In this document: positions 44,257-44,301 of the stretch, in pieces | Position numbering within the stretch: position 1 is the stretch's first letter | Layout: every line of letters begins with the position of its first letter | Source: a virus | Taxonomy: Duplodnaviria > Caudoviricetes | IMG/VR virus record: IMGVR_UViG_3300031965_000060 | Coordinates: 1-44,301 of that record | Length of the DNA: 44,301 nt | Direction: 5' to 3' (one strand) | Translations under genes and position numbers: made by a program | The notes under the pieces: generated by a model | Seen by the model: the letters and a program-made list of their open reading frames with translations, nothing else | Database searches by the model: none | Told to the model about the DNA's origin: nothing

Positions 44257-44301
44257 AACATACCTCCCCAAGTTGCGTGCCACACGGGCACTGAAACTAA
44301 G

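Larger units (their letters stand above)
1..44301 (-). mobile_element. Temperate lambda-like siphovirus genome (excised/attP form, probably circularly permuted), likely Planctomycete host
   Basis: Packaging, head, tail, integrase and replication modules are all on the minus strand; a single tRNA-fragment att site lies between the tail-fibre genes and the integrase; no host housekeeping genes. Confidence 0.93.

Noticed and set aside
1-44301. Apparent abundance of CGATCG/TCGA words
   Set aside because: Cannot be quantified by eye; probably host-lineage codon bias; needs a Markov-model k-mer test

Overview
The window is a temperate, lambda-like tailed phage genome, GC-rich and probably close to complete but opened at an arbitrary point. 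Every credible gene is on the minus strand. The host is most likely a Planctomycete, inferred from csrA homologues, a zinc-ribbon/TM membrane protein and Cys-rich tail proteins. In transcription order (right to left) it contains: small secreted proteins and a LamG fibre, a cos-like site, terS and terL, then a ~6.5 kb accessory island (RusA-ParB fusion, ABC-ATPase-GNAT-HTH fusion, a repeat-punctuated array of small genes, ASCH, XRE HTH). Next come gpW, portal, S49 protease, decoration protein, capsid, spike base and adaptor, then non-contractile tail genes with a -1 frameshift chaperone. These are followed by a single tRNA-Leu(GAG) 3' fragment (attP, so the excised form), a membrane moron, a tyrosine integrase, csrA and a replication initiator with four palindromic iterons. 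The left end holds DUF3310, a C5 DNA methyltransferase, a second CsrA-like gene, a Tad1-family anti-defence sponge and a papain-like peptidase/lipoprotein module. The strongest candidates for undescribed systems are (1) the terminase-linked RusA-ParB plus ABC-GNAT-HTH module, (2) the cassette array built from duplicated promoter, junction and RBS repeats with 11-7-11 inverted sites, (3) two 23-bp-phased GTGAC arrays, and (4) possible CsrA-based control of the integrase in a phage with no divergent CI switch. All family calls come from motif recognition by eye; no searches were run.
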